Shown here: piece by piece, positions 36,101 to 50,090 of the stretch
Layout of the letters: the number at the start of each line of letters is the position of its first letter
Numbering within the stretch: the first letter of the stretch is position 1
Assembly: GCA_965644295.1 (NCBI GenBank)
Contig: CBFFRP010000121.1
Coordinates: 1 to 61,662, forward strand
Length of the DNA: 61,662 nt
Direction: 5' to 3'
From: Paraphysomonas bandaiensis
Taxonomy: Eukaryota; Protista; Chrysophyceae
Notes under the pieces: model-generated
Told to the model about the DNA's origin: nothing
Databases searched by the model: none
The model's input: the letters and a program-made list of their open reading frames with translations, nothing else
Position numbers and translations under genes: made by a program

Positions 36101-37326
36101 GTCACATCATTCATCAAGAACATTGATGATGAACAGCAGGTGTCAATATATGTATAATGCATGTCATCATTTACACTACATATATTCGTTTCATGTATAT
36201 TGCATGACAATTTCATAACATCCTCGATCATATTTGCTTCATCTTCATCAGAGAAATCTGCTGGTTCTCCACGCCGTATATTCTCTACTGTCAGCAGCCT
36301 TTTGTCCGGCTTCCTACCATGATTCTTCCCTTTCTCTCCTCTTCTAGAATGCTTTTTCTTCGTCGTTGGACAATCAGCAGCAAGATGTTCCAGAGACTTG
36401 CAATTTCTGCATCCCGTGTATTCAGCACTTCCAGGACGCTGCCCTGATATCTCTCCATCCTTCTTCCTCTGCTTCCTCCTGCACTGTTCAGTTGAATGGC
36501 TATGAGGAATTCCTTCTTTCCTGCAATATCTACAGTTGCCCTTCTTACGCTTATCCCGTTCCGTTCGAGACCGTTTGCTCTTTTCAATGAAGTTCAGCTC
36601 CTCCACCTTCTTGCGTTTCCGCTCTAACGCAATCCTTCCAGGAATGGTATCATCATACCGTTCTATCTTCCTTGATAATGTTGCATAATCAACATCATCA
36701 GGCATCAAATACAAAGCAACATTCAGAGGAGCATATTCTTCATTCAACAGACCTTCTCGTAACCGTGTTATTTTTGAGAGCTCCGATATGTCCTGCTGCT
36801 GCTCCTGTAGCTCTTTCAGCAGTATTTCAAACCGTATTATATAGTCCTTCGCAGTCTCCTCCGGACGCATACGGAAAGAGCCATACTGAGTCAACAGCTC
36901 ACTGATCTTGTTTTGCTTCCCTCCAGCAAAGCACTTCTTCAACTCATCAATCATAATATGCGCCTTAAACCTGTTGCTTCCTCTTCCATCAGCCTTGAAC
37001 CCTTTATGTAGAAGATGGAATTTCTGAAGCGCCTTCGAAGATGATTGCACTGCCTCTCTGCAGTACGAATACGCTATGGCATTCGCCTTCCAGTACTTCT
37101 TCACAGCCTGTCTGTAAGACTTCTCCTCCATTAACGTGAGTGGCTGTTCCCCGAAGTCGCTCTCCTTCGGTGGTGGCTCCACAGCTACTTCACTTTGCTC
37201 TTTCCTCATGAGGAACGTTTCGAAGTCTTCAATCCATTGTTCAACATTGCTCTCATTAAACTGTGGCACTACTCCTCTATCCTCCTTCTCTCCTCCTCGC
37301 TCGCTACCATGTTGAGAAACGCTCAT
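33134..37326 (-). CDS. Copia Gag-Pol (Gag with zinc knuckles, protease, integrase, RT)
   Basis: CRNCKSLEHLAADC, YIDTCCS, LLHRRAGH...CDVC, HADGAGE, KYKARLVALG, QLDVSSAF, KALYGLRSSPRQW, IYVDDII, TRPDLAYAV. Confidence 0.96.
37299..37309 (-). promoter_or_regulatory. Copia primer-binding site (TGGTAGCGAGC), probably initiator tRNA-Met
   Basis: TGG immediately after the 5' LTR; TGGTAGCG as in the Ty1 tRNA-iMet PBS. Confidence 0.75.
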
Positions 37327-37603
37327 TTTACACTAGATCACAGAGAGAATTTGTCGTAAGACTAGATAGATTTATTAGTATCGTTTACACGAAGTTGTGA
37401 TAACCAACACTAACTCATTATAATCCCTGCATAATATCCTACATATGCGAACCTCTCGTTACTGAACATATCTTGAACGATCAAACTATTTCAGTTTCTC
37501 AATATCATCACAGCATTTGTACATCACTATATTTCACTGTATTCTCGTACATTGTCTTGAAGTGACATACTGAATATACTAGAATAAGATCCATATTCTA
37601 ATA
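37310..37603 (-). repeat. Copia 5' LTR
   Basis: Direct repeat of 23583-23876. Confidence 0.96.
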
Positions 37604-37898
37604 CCCCATAATACCACGAAAAGATGCGATCCGACTTAGGTGAGAGGGTTGGTAGTTGCAAGAGTATAATTGCAGCGAATATCAATTTCCAAATAGATTA
37701 CTGTGTGAGTACAACATCAAGTTATTTAATTTTACTCATCCTAACAATATGTCAAATGTATATGATGGTAGTGTCACCGTCTATGTGCTACTTGATAGAG
37801 TATGTGCATTTTCCCACTCATGGTCATGATTCAAAAATAACATCTAGCTTTAATTTTATTTATTTACACTTTACATCCAAATATCGCATCACATGTTT

Positions 37899-40025
37899 TC
37901 ACATCATATTTCTCAGCCACTGTCTGGCAACAGTAGATGGGCTGGCTGTGGTCTGAGAAGTTGTACGAGAAGGCGATGAGTCACTTGTAATGGATATCGC
38001 TTGTTGCATCGCCTCCCGAAATGCCGCTCTTTCAACTTCTAGTTCCTGTATAACACGATTAATGCAATACAGCAATAAATCAACAAAATCAATCAAACCT
38101 CTATGCGTGCTTTCGCAACAGTTAGCTCTTGTTGTACCCGTGTGAGCTCCATCTGGATGCTCATCGTCCGCTGCATCTCCTTAGAAAGGGACTGGGCCTT
38201 CTGTTGCCAGTGCTTGGATTCGCCTACATACAAGCTTACCATTAATGATTGTTCAATAACAATCACACCGGTCGTACCCATCAGCTCCTGTACACGATCC
38301 TGTAACATTTTATGCTCTCCGGGATCAATAGCACGTGCTCTTGTCTCGCGGAGCTCCCTTTCAACAGCCTCTAGCTGCTGCTGACGCGCTTGTAATTTTT
38401 CCTCGTTGGCGGTGTATTTTGCAGCTGATCGAGAGATTTGCTTCTGTAGCCTCTCGACCTCCCCACGACACACTTCCAGCTTCTCGAAAGCCTCATTTCT
38501 TTCTTTCACTGCACTATCTACACGACTCGTCAGCACAGCAAACTCTTTGTCGGCCCACTGCTCAGCTTCCTGGGCAGCCCCCTCCGCTACCTCCAGACTT
38601 CGTTCTAACTCTTCAACTCGTGGTACCAACTTACGCAGTTCTTTGAGCTCAGCAGTTTGTTTACGCATTGCAGATACTTCAGCTTCCGTTACGTTCGGAG
38701 CAGCACCCCCATTTCCACCCGCTGTAGGAGATGGGACTAATGACCCCGTACCAGTACCGGACATGAGAAAAGAGCCCATAACCGCCTGCCAGTTCTGCTG
38801 TTGTTGGTCTGACAGAGACGACGATGCAGGAATGGGAGGACCATCCCGCTCTTCACCTTCCTCAGCACCCACTAGAAGTCCCTGCATCGCTTCTTTAAAG
38901 CTGTCCCGCTCTATTACGACCTCCTGCGTATACGCCATAAATCACTACACCAACACCTTGTTACACTCACTTCAATTCGACTATTGAGCCGCTTGATAGA
39001 TTCCTCCTTCGCCTCAAGTCGGGAGTCTAAGAACCTTAGTCGACTTAATAGACGGCGATTAGTTTCTTCAAGTTGCGACAGGCGCGAATTCAGTGACTGC
39101 GGATCTTTTTGAGAGTTGTCCACACTTCCCACTATTTTTGTATCATCCAGTGTATTGTTCTGTAGTGTGCCCTGTGGTGCATTGTTCTGTGATTCCTGAC
39201 TTGTCGATTCAGTTACGACCTCTTGTCTTGCATCCTCCCCTGGTTCTGGGGTAGAGCCTTCTCCCCTGTCCCCCACGCCAATTGATCCATCGCTCGGCAC
39301 AACGCCTGGACTCGGGCCTACCTCACCTTTTGCTCCACCAGCCTCCCACACTTCTCGCTCTAATATTTCGATCTTGCGGTCACGCTCTTCTAACTGCTTT
39401 ACATATCCAGCCCGCTCGTTGCGTAAATCATTTACCATCCGATTAAGGCTCTACATATCGTTATGAAGTAAAACACATGCCTTTTATTCAGAAATCCAGC
39501 CTAACTCACCGCGTAAGATTGTTCTAGATCAGAGTGTCGTACCCGCATGGATTCTACCGTTTCCTCCAGCTGCGTGCACTCTTCCCTTAGGCCTGAACTG
39601 TACTCTTCCAGCTCTGCAAAGGCAGCAAGCTGCTCTTCCTTACTTGCAATCTTTTGCTTCTCCATCTCAATATCTTCCTGAAGATGAGTAATAGTCATCT
39701 TAGCATCATTTAATTCACTACTAAGACGATAGTTCTCCAACTCTAACTCTTCATATTTTTTAGAAAGAGCAGCATATTCAGACTGCTCACAATCCTCTGC
39801 ATCACTGCATTCGCGCTTATAATATTCTTTACATATTTCAAATTCTTCATCGATGCTAATTTCATTTCTTCCTCTAATGAGTACAAGAGCATATTGCTTA
39901 CACAGTTCTGTTAATGTCTCCGTATCCTCTCGAACTGCTCCTGAGTGCTCTAAGTCGAGATTCTGTATAAGACACATACTCTTTGGTGATATTCCAAACG
40001 GTTCCCATTGAAGAACAGTTGTCAT
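37899..40025 (-). CDS. Long coiled-coil protein, multi-exon, function unknown
   Basis: Successive E/K/L-rich ORFs joined by short GT-AG introns. Confidence 0.8.
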
Positions 40026-40924
40026 TTATATTGTTATGAATATATGTGTATACTGTCTCTTATATTATATATACATACTTAACTTTATGTAAACTACAGT
40101 ATACAGGAGTGTAATAGAGTGTGTCGTATCAGTTACGTGATAATATATGCTCTATAGCATGTTGTGATACTTGAGATATGATGCTATGATGTGAAGTATT
40201 GTGTTCACTATAATAGAGTTATATTCATTTAAGTTTATTAGAGTGGTTCGTGTAATCTACATCCATAATCAACACTCTTATACTGGCTGCACTGTGTATG
40301 TATGTATGTATGTATGTATGTATGTATGTACAGCTACACTCTGTATGTATATGCGGTACTGTACTACATACTGCTGCTCTGTATATACAGCGTACAGCAG
40401 TATGTATGTATGTATACTCTGCTGTGTATACAAGTGTATGATTTTGGCGATATTATGAGCAGTTGTATTCCCTGTATACCAGATCCAGCAATACCGTTGT
40501 ACTCTGTTCAAACTCGTCACTCATTTAAGTAGAAATTCCAACTAGATGAACAGTATTCTGGAGTATTTAATAAAAACTGGTATATTTTAGTCTAAAACTC
40601 TAGTGTATTTCCTATATAGGGTAGAATACCTATAAAAAATCTGTACAAACTTTTTCTTTCACACTCTAAAAACAATGTGAAAAATAGATCCAGCAGCAGT
40701 ACATACATGTCTATATGATAAAGACCGTAGCATTGTATCACTATATCAGTCACATTCATAACACTGTTCGATATATTATCAGCATCCATATTCATTAACT
40801 TGCTTATACTCATCATACAGGCATACAGGGAAGGTATAATTTAGGTGTATCCTTATCCTATATGCTGCATACCTATACATATACCATATAACTCCCATTC
40901 ATACACACTATCACCACACTCGTC

Positions 40925-43900
40925 ATGTCTCAAGATCATTCTAATAGAAGACAATCTATTCTTCGATCCCCTTCAGCACTTGTTGAACGTAGCAGTGAGA
41001 ACAAACAACTGGGTGTTTTATTAACAGGATTTCTCGAGAAACAGAACCCATATGGTAAAGTATTTCGACGCCGATTTGTAGTACTCACTCAAGAGGCATT
41101 TCACTGGTTTAAGGTAATAACATTTATATCATAGATACAGATTTATGGTGACTAATAATCATGATCTGTTTGTAGAAAGAAGAAAATGACCATCTCTTTG
41201 GGGAAGAAAGGGGACAAGTGTCTCTGAAAAGTATCGAAACTGTTCGGATATTAGATGAGGACCAGTCCCAGTTTGAGTTACTCACTGAAAATTTTACCAG
41301 AAGATATTTTCGATGCAAAGATTCAGTAGAATGCGAAGAATGGGTAAGTGCGATTCGGAGCGCAGTGAAGACAATTATGACAGAGCGTAAGAAAACCCGT
41401 GCGAAGAGTGTCTATAACTCCGAGGGGCAGAAGTATGCGGATCCTAGCGATAGCTCACAGAACACCACAGAGGTGAAGGTGCTCCTTGTGTCCTTGGTAT
41501 CTAGTGCTAATGCTATTGAGACTGTAATATCTCGTAACCCGGGATGGGGACGGTTGATATTTGTGAGGGATATTTGCGCGGATGATACCGTTTTACTGTC
41601 CACCTCAAATGGTGGCACAGTATCTCTATCTTATGCTACTCTCCAGGACAAAGCCGATCTCGGAAAACCTTTTGATGTTGCGATTCAGAATGTTTTACTG
41701 GCATCTTCCTTGAGCGTTTTGGTTGTTTCAGAGCCACCCTCCGGCCCTGGGGTAGAACCCTCTGTCGCAATTCCTCAAGGCACAAAGCAATCTCTTCGAG
41801 AAGAAATGATGGCGACATTGCAAATAATATCCGGTGATCAATACAGCGTGGAAACTTTAATAATTGCACTAATGGTCATTGGAACTGGAGTGAAAAGCTT
41901 CTCCACTCTTGCGTGGATTTCTTCTTCCGCCCCATCTGTCGTTCTCTTTGCCACTCTCGCACTGTTGTTTTCCTGTCACTCAGCTAGCCAGGTACTCAAT
42001 GCTCAACTTTCCTGATACACCTCATGTATCTTGCTGTTTAGGTGATAGGACGTACCCGGAAGAAACAGTCTGCTGGGAAAGAGGCCGAGCCTGAGACCTT
42101 CCATCTGACGATCATTGAACATCAGTACACATCTCCTGATGCACCAGTAAAGGCACCTGAGGATGAGATACCTCAGCGGTTCTTGAACGCAGTTGATGGA
42201 GACATACGAGAAGCACGTCGTCGATGGGATGCTACGAGGAAGTGGCGAGAGACTGAGGTATGTGGCCTTTTTATAGTAAACGTTTTTTATCTTATTTGTG
42301 TACACAGAATATTGACAATATTTTGAACGAAGAACAACCCTTTTTTACCACCATCAAGGTAGCACTATTCATGGAAATCGTGTCAGTCTTGCTCAGGGAA
42401 TACTTTTATGTGTACAGACCATGTATCCTCACTACTTATGTGGGCGAGGAAAAGAAGGTAACGTGGTATATTATGAGAGGCCGGGAGAGATAGAAATTCC
42501 GCAGGTATTACTCTTGTTTTTAGTCGATATATAACACTGCGGTTTGTTAGCTCAATGCACGAGGTATTGGGATCGATGAAATGCTTCGCCATTGGCTGTT
42601 TGTTACAGAATATCAGTATAACGTTGTAGGTGAGAGACAGTAGGCAATATGTGTATCAATACGTCCCAATTGGTTCATTTTTCTCCGCGTAGTTACTGGT
42701 GAGCTGGAAAAGTGCATTACTGTCATCGACATTGAGAAAGTTGGCATGGGTGATTTAGCGGGAGATGCACTTGACTTTGTTCGAAAGTCTGTTGCAATTG
42801 CTAACCATCACTACCCGGAAAGGTTCGTATCTGTTTGTGTATATGATTCTTCATGATCCTGTCGCAGGGCGTTCGTTATTTTCTTAGTAAATGTACCGAG
42901 CTGGTTTTCATTTATATGGAGGGTTGTGAAGCCTCTTGTCCATGAGGTGAGATCACTAGTAGCTTCATATCACTCTGAGGACTTGAATAATTTTATTGCA
43001 CACTTAGAATACGCAAAAGAAGATCAAGATCCTTTCGAAGAAGGAGGTTCTTGCCGGATTAAACGAGTTCATTGATTTCGATCAGGTTAGTTGTATAAAA
43101 TATGTTGTTCTTGCTAAGCGTGCATTAGATCCCTGTATACTATGGAGGTGGACGAGATATGGGGGGACATGACTCTTGTAGGTATGGGCACTAGATTATT
43201 TCACTGTTACAGTTTAATTACAATTGTAGATATGAGAGCGAATTCGAGAAGGATATGGCCGAATATGTTCGTCGATTGAATGCGAAGTGCCGTGGTGAGC
43301 CAGTTGAGGAGAAACAAGAGGAAGATCTGAGTGCAACAAGTGTAGAAGAGAATGATGATGATGGGTCCGTTGCAGGTCCAGAAGGAGAGGTGGACGCACC
43401 ACCTGGAGCCCCTGGTGATATGACAAGGATGCCCGCAGAAATAAGACGTCGTCGAAGCATGAGTCATGTACAAGTTACTTCCGATATACTAAAGGCGCAG
43501 AACGCCTTAGAGAATGGTGACGCTTCCGATGCAGGGGGGAGTGATATGCCTCCGCGAGACGCACCGGCTCTGTCCAGGTTCTTTTTGTGATGTCTATGTA
43601 CTCGTAATCTCAATTTTTCTGCTGTGTTACATTGTAGTGACTGGAGCATAGCGTCTGCTGCGGCGAACACAGGTATAACTTTCGTGGCTATTAGTTGAGT
43701 TAGCAGCTAAAACTTCCTGTTTCATAGATTCGGGACCACATACTGCGTATAAACCTAATACTGCACCACGGAGATCTGGGCAAAGTTCACTTTTGAAAAA
43801 TGGAAATAACCAGCGTCCACAGCTCTGTGACGATTGGTCGATTTCGACCATTGGGACTGTTAATAGCCCCGAAAAACCAGTTATAAAATCTTCCGTGAGC

Positions 43901-43930
43901 AAAATGTTTAGTTCCATAGATGAAAATTGA
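40925..43930 (+). CDS. PH domain + TM hairpin + CRAL-TRIO/Sec14 lipid-transfer protein, multi-exon; 3' end approximate
   Basis: GFLEKQ...RRFVVLT...EEWVSAIR (PH); hydrophobic segment; IPQRFL, TRKWRE, YYERPG, TVIDI, HYPER, VNVPSWF, IPVYYGG (Sec14). Confidence 0.85.
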
Positions 43931-44789
43931 CAACTCTTTTTTATGTTGTCAAGATGTAGTTTTGAATTTCATTAATAGCACCTGGTGTTGGTGGGTAATG
44001 TGCGATCGGCATTGCGCAATTTCTAAATTACCTGGCAGTTGGTAGTTTTCTTCCACAATCCACATCTTAAGAAATTTAATGAGCACTTCTCTCTTGAAAA
44101 TTGAAATACTTCCATTTAGGGATAAAGAAGATAGTCCTCATTGTTGTGTACGTCCTATTGTTGTGTACGTCCTATTTACCACTCTATATTAAGTAGTACT
44201 AAGGTAAGCAAAGTCGGTGAGTTCGACTCTAATAATGAATGTAGCCGACCAGGGTAAACTTCATATCCCCTCCAGTAAGAGAGACAGAATTCCGAGGTGG
44301 GGTTATATTGAGGAACCCATTAAGGAGTGGTGAATAGACACATGTGCAGTTGATTCTACATCTATTATTCTGATGAACTTGCAAAAAGTTCAGTTGATTA
44401 TCGCTTGTAAGTATTTTTAAGTAGTAAACAGAACTTTGTTATACATAGCACATAGCACTATAGTATGCACATTCTGTTATATATAGTGTAACCATTACGT
44501 TCTCACGTTTTTGAACTGTAGCTAATTTTAAATGTCTTTACAAACATGTTCTCTTTATACCAACTGCGATATTTATCGCAAAACGCATCAAAAATCAACT
44601 TAAATCATCATTTTTAACTTCACCAGGTTTTGACGATTTCACCAGGTTAGGTCATCACAACATCGACTTGTAGTAAAATATTTTAAGGGTTTAGAACAAT
44701 ATATTGCAACACTATTGTTAGACATTAGATAGTGCCCCGTCAATAATATTAATGGAGTCATTTACAATTTACCACGGCTTATTAGCAAC

Positions 44790-45130
44790 AACACTGGGCA
44801 GCAGATATTGTTCTGCCCATTTATAGCCAAAAATTCTTGTGTGGTACAAGGGACACTATTATAAGTGTCACTTGCGTAGACATCTTTTCGGCCCTGACGA
44901 ATAAACAAGTATCCGAGAATTAGACCCTTCTCACAGGGGCATCCGGAGAATGGGTTAACCTGAAATCCTGAAGTTATCAGATGTCACGTCTATCAACATT
45001 CTTCTTGTTCACAGCGATTGCTTTGAGTGATAGAGCAAAAGTGGTTGCACCTTGGTGCTTGCTGTGACGCACAAGCAGCTTTCGTAACGTAAAATAGTAG
45101 GAGATCAGAGTTAAGCCCTAGTTAGTTAAA
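44790..45130 (-). repeat. Dispersed repeat family A copy
   Basis: Reverse-complement similarity to 23185-23525. Confidence 0.7.
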
Positions 45131-45375
45131 TTGCAATGCTACATTAGTTCTGACTCCAACATGCCAATTGCTAAAAACAAGACATGCACACTAATATCAT
45201 CATGTTAGTACTTAACCATCTTAATTCCCTAACCATGTTAGCTATCGGCCACATTCATTTCGGATTATGAGGTCCATACTTTTCTCATCAGTATTAATAG
45301 CGGAATGACGCCATTTACGAATTATGAATGTAAAATTCAAATCTTCTATTTAACTAGTAGATATACTCTGCGTAC

Positions 45376-46841
45376 CTAGTTACAATGGGGCGACTCCTGG
45401 AGAATATTTTTCACTTTCGACAAGAAAGCCCCAGCAGGCTCTCGAATGACAGCGGTCGAAAAATCATCGAACTGAGTGTCGTCCAGGTTAATCATAACTA
45501 ATGGTATACCCAATCGAATAGCAACAGTAGGAAGTGTGTTGACAGGACTGACAACCAGACTTGTTCCGATAATGAACAGCAGATCACAACCGGCGATAAT
45601 TTCAGTAGCAGTTTGATATATATTTTCAGGCAAAGGTTGACCAAACATGACAGTTTCGGTTCTAAGTGGGGCTAAACAATTTGGACATTTAGGTACAGGG
45701 GTGCTAGCATAATACCCAACTTCAAGTGCCTCTTCTTCCGATAAAGAATACGTACAATCTCCAGACCTAATACACAATGAGCTAAATACTACTATCTCAC
45801 AAGTCACGTCAACATATGTAAGTGTTCGTATACACACCTGTAAGGTATTTGATTTAGGGGTGTCATTTTATCAGAACAAATTAGTCCTCTCATATGACCA
45901 TGCAGCTCCAGGACTTTATCCGCAGGCACACCAGACTTTATATGAAGTGAATCAACATTTTGAGTTATCACATTACGAAGTTTTCCAGTGTCATGGAGAT
46001 AAAAGAAGAAATCATGTGCCGGATTAGGTGAGGCATCAGTCACTTTAGGAAGAAGGGAATGCTTCATTTTCCACCAGTACATAGCACCCTGAGGGTCTGA
46101 GTTAAAGGAAGATATTCCCATCCGAGTGGCATCAAAGTCGCGCCATATAGTTCCAGCAGAAGCATCTGAATTGGAGATGTGAGATCCATGTGAGCGGAAA
46201 GGAGGGATCCCAGATTCAACACTTATCCCGGCACCGCTGAGACAGACGATGTGTTTCGACTTCCTCACTAGGTCAGCTACCTCCATAGCGGTGTATATAC
46301 GCTGTGATGGATCAATCTCAGTGTATATTTTATTTATAAGACCAAGAGAATCATTTTCTGCAAAGCTTCTTTCGAAAGGTTCGACAGTACAGCTACTGAA
46401 CGCGAATCTGTCAATAACCTGGCTGATTCCGGAGGGATCCCGTATGCGGAGACGACAAATTACTTCATCACTCTTCTCCCCACCACCTTCGGCACCACTT
46501 TTCAGTAACATGTCAATACAATCCAAAAAATTGTCAACATCATGTTGCATAGTAGCAGAATATCCATCTCTCATCATATCAATGTCGTGACTCACTTTAG
46601 TCAAGAGGCCTGATACACTTCCTTTGAACCCTCCATGAGCAAAACTCTCTTGTTTGACACCTAAAGTAGTAACTTCCCATTCTGCTGCATCTGTCATTAT
46701 AATACCAGCTTGTAATTGACCATAGCCTATGCTTATATCTATACAGCATCCTGTAGAGGGCATGTCATTGTCTAACAGCATATCTGCAACATAACAGGTG
46801 TCATCTCCATCCTCTCCAATCCAATCAACAATAGAATTCAT
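45376..46841 (-). CDS. Sirtuin (SIR2 NAD-dependent deacylase) with N-terminal ZPR1-like domain; intron 45767-45837
   Basis: GAGISVESGIPPFR, TQNVDSLH, ELHG, Zn-binding cysteines, VMFG, GTSLVV, INLD; N-terminal LRIRDPSG...ERSFAENDSLGL. Confidence 0.9.
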
Positions 46842-47016
46842 GTTATTTATTATTACTTTTACTTCTTGTAGCTAAATTCTTCTATATGAGAATAGAGGAT
46901 TGCATTGTATGCATCTCATGTATATGTACATATATATGAGTCGTAGTCGTCGCAGTGGTGTGGAATTTTACACGAACAGTTCTGAGAAACATCCATGTCC
47001 GGATATCCACAAGAAA

Positions 47017-47155
47017 GTATGCATCTTATTTTTCGGGAATAAATTGAAGTAAAACTTTTCTATATAACTGAAATACAACTACGGCTAGAATACAGATAAT
47101 TGTTGTCTCAATAATAGAGGCATCTTTGAACAAAAATATACAAAGAATGCCGATA
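47017..47155 (-). repeat. 139-bp segment duplicated in inverted orientation at 53617-53755
   Basis: Ungapped similarity; translates IGILCIFLFKDASIIETTIICI...LLQFIPE. Confidence 0.75.
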
Positions 47156-47568
47156 CTTGAAAACCACAATATACCAGTATACTGCTGCTGATGCTGCTCC
47201 ATTGTGCTGTATAGGTACTGTATATGTAGAAAAGGGTAATTTTTGTATATAAATCCCTTAAATTCTAATTTCCAGCTATTTAAGTTCTCGAAAGCTGTGG
47301 CTACTAAACAGGGAACCAAAAAAACATAAAAAAGTCGATTCTAAATAACCTATATTAACCAATCCTATTCCTTGATTGTTATATGAATTAGTTTGATTGG
47401 TTAGTTTCTATCCACCAATCAAGAGATATAATGGGGACGTATATACTGTATATGCTTACACGTCTCTCCATATACAAGACACCCTTCCATTAGCATATAC
47501 ATACACAGTACTGAACATAAACTAGTTTACTCCCCTTATTTATAGACACTTACTCATCAATCAATAGT

Positions 47569-49402
47569 ATGTCGAGCCTATCAGAGCTCTCCTCAGTACC
47601 GGAAGTAAACATAGCCGCGGCATCTTATGAGGGATCATTGTTTTCATGGTCTTCATCCTCCTCATCAGACTCTTCTCGTCATCCATATGAACTTACAATG
47701 ACTAGTGGCTTTCATTGTTGTGCTGGATCGTTACGTGCAGTTGCTGTATCAAAGACAGGTGTGACGAATGCATGAGATATGCTCTTAGTGTGATATATGG
47801 ATGCAGGGAAGTATTTGGTGTGTGGAGGAACTGATGAACGCATCAGGTGATATATATGTCTGTAGTTATAAGAATTGTGTGATATATGTGTGTGTAGTTG
47901 TAACAATTGTGTGATATATATGTCCGCAGTTATAGCTCTAACTATATGTGATATCTATAGCTGTAAATATATGTGATATATAAGTCTGTAGCTGTAGCTA
48001 TTTGAACTTATACATATAACTGAATGAGTTGTTTGTAGAATATTCAATATGAGAACTTATTCTTCTCTGGGTGAACTCTCAGCGCACACAGGTATGTAAT
48101 GTTGCCGGTTTGAATTGAAGGTACTTACTTTCGATTTTCCATTGCAGGGGCCATTACATGTCTTGAATTTTTTGAGGATTCATATCTTCTTAGTGGAAGC
48201 GAGGTAGATTACTTCATATTGAAAGTGTGGGATTTCAGTAATAGTTTCTGTAGGACTGCTCGGTTTGCATATGGAGAGTTCATGACTGGCTGTGTGTACA
48301 TATTCTGGGAGGTCACAAAGCTGCTGTTACGTCCCTTTCAATTCATCCAAGCGGTAAGTTGGCCCTGTCAACCGGAAAGGACAACACACTTCGACTATGG
48401 AACCTTGTACAAGGTATTATTGTTCTATTTTATTTGTATTATTTAACTGTGAATATTTAGGGCGATGCGCGTTCACTCGCCGTCTCAAAGGCTCAGCGGC
48501 ATCTATCCCTGGTGGGCTTAAGTGGGAGCGACCGGATGCAGCGAACTACATGATAGTAACAGGCAATCGAATAGAGGTGATTAGTCGCAATTGGTGAGAG
48601 TTGATGTAACTTCTCCGTGTAGGTTTTTTCAGCTGCGGACAATTCGCTGACCACTTCCTTCCAATATAGCAGCCGTGTAAATGAAGCGGACTTCCTTCCA
48701 TCATCTGTGTCGACATTGTCCGGTGCTGTTGTGGCAGTATGCGAGGACAAAACCCTACAAGTCTGTGGATCGGATGGGCAACGGGTATGTATGTATGGGG
48801 TAGTTGAAAACGTATCACTTTTTGTCTACCACTGTCAGTTGCAGAAGGTAGATCTATCTGGGCTCGGAGGAAGGCTTAGAAGCTTCAGTTGCTGCCATCA
48901 GGGTAGTACAAACAAAGACTTCGCTGCTGTTGTGACGTCGAATGGAAAAATAGCTGTATGTGCATGTTTTTATACCTGCATCTGCGTGCGTACTCGTACG
49001 TTAATGTTATTATGTAGTTGCTAAATATGCGGCCACTGAGTGAATCTTCTCAGAGTGTGCAGTTGAATGATATCTTGCTTGCATCTCATTCAGTTAAAGT
49101 GGAACCAAGACTCACATGCACTGTATGCTGGATACAGAGTGGTAGGCATCCATATATGTCTTCATTGATTCCGACTATTCACGGTGGCAACAGGTAGCAA
49201 AGGAAGTAGCGGTGATACGGAAAGCACGATACCAGCCGAAGAAGGAACCACCAATGCCACGCATAAGCGGAAAAGGAAAGGCAAGTCTTCTGTTGAAACT
49301 GAACGTGCGAGCCAGCCGCGTGTGCGTTTTCAGGAAGATGTTGATAGCTCTGAGACAAAAAAATCTGTGAAAAAAAAGAAAGCCAAAACAAAGAGTTCAT
49401 AG
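47569..49402 (+). CDS. PAK1IP1: WD40 ribosome-biogenesis factor Mak11/PAK1IP1, multi-exon
   Basis: ASYEG, GGTDERIRIF, HTGAITCLEF, LSGSED, SIHPSGKLALSTGKDNTLRLWNLVQGR; Lys-rich tail. Confidence 0.85.
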
Positions 49403-50090
49403 ATGACATACATTGTGCTAACAGAATGTAATTATCGAATATTAAATCTTTTTTTTCGGGAATACGATTCATATAGTGTTTAGTCATTCAAATCTACGGG
49501 GAAGTTCATATTGTATTTCAGTTTGCTTTCTTATTTTCTGAAATCAATCTTGTCGCAGTATGACATTCTAATAATTTCTGGGAAATTATTATTTTTTCTG
49601 TTTGAGCAATTAAAAGCTGTAATTTTACCCGTCAGTTAGGTCTCATGGTTAGAAGATTCAATGTAGCTACAGCTTTGACTTGAGAGGGAGTGTTTGTTAA
49701 GTTTTGCTGTTTGAGCAATTAAAAGCTGTAATTCTAAGGTATTGGAATTTATGACCGTTAGTCAAAGAAGATAGTGGCGATGTAATATCGTACGAGAAAT
49801 GATTGGTCGTAGCAATAATATGAAATTGATGAATGAGAAGAGATATTGATTATAATGAGCGAATACACGTCCAGTTAACTTAGTAAATCATCCAATTGTG
49901 TCATAACTTGACATCCTTTGTAACAAAATTCAGCCTTTAATTCTATTTTCGCACCGTTTTAACTCACTTGAATTGCTTAATGTATATCATATATATCATA
50001 GAGCAAAACTCAACACGAGATGTATTGCTTTTGATGCTTAGAGTGGCTGTCACTGATAAGATCAAGAGTTTAAATTACAAACTATTTCTT

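Larger units (their letters stand above)
23583..37603 (-). mobile_element. Ty1/Copia LTR retrotransposon, full-length, interrupted by a nested Gypsy
   Basis: 294-bp LTRs with no differences found by eye, TSD CCCCA (23578-23582/37604-37608), PBS, PPT, gag-PR-IN-RT-RH order. Confidence 0.97.

Noticed and set aside
44890-44930. CTGACGA in family A as a possible hammerhead ribozyme core (also ~55556-55562 on minus)
   Set aside because: No stem II/GAAA/stem III arrangement follows, and the 23430 copy lacks CTGA.
49598-49734. 27-bp direct repeat (also a 17-bp tandem duplication at ~44141-44174)
   Set aside because: Small local duplications with no further structure.
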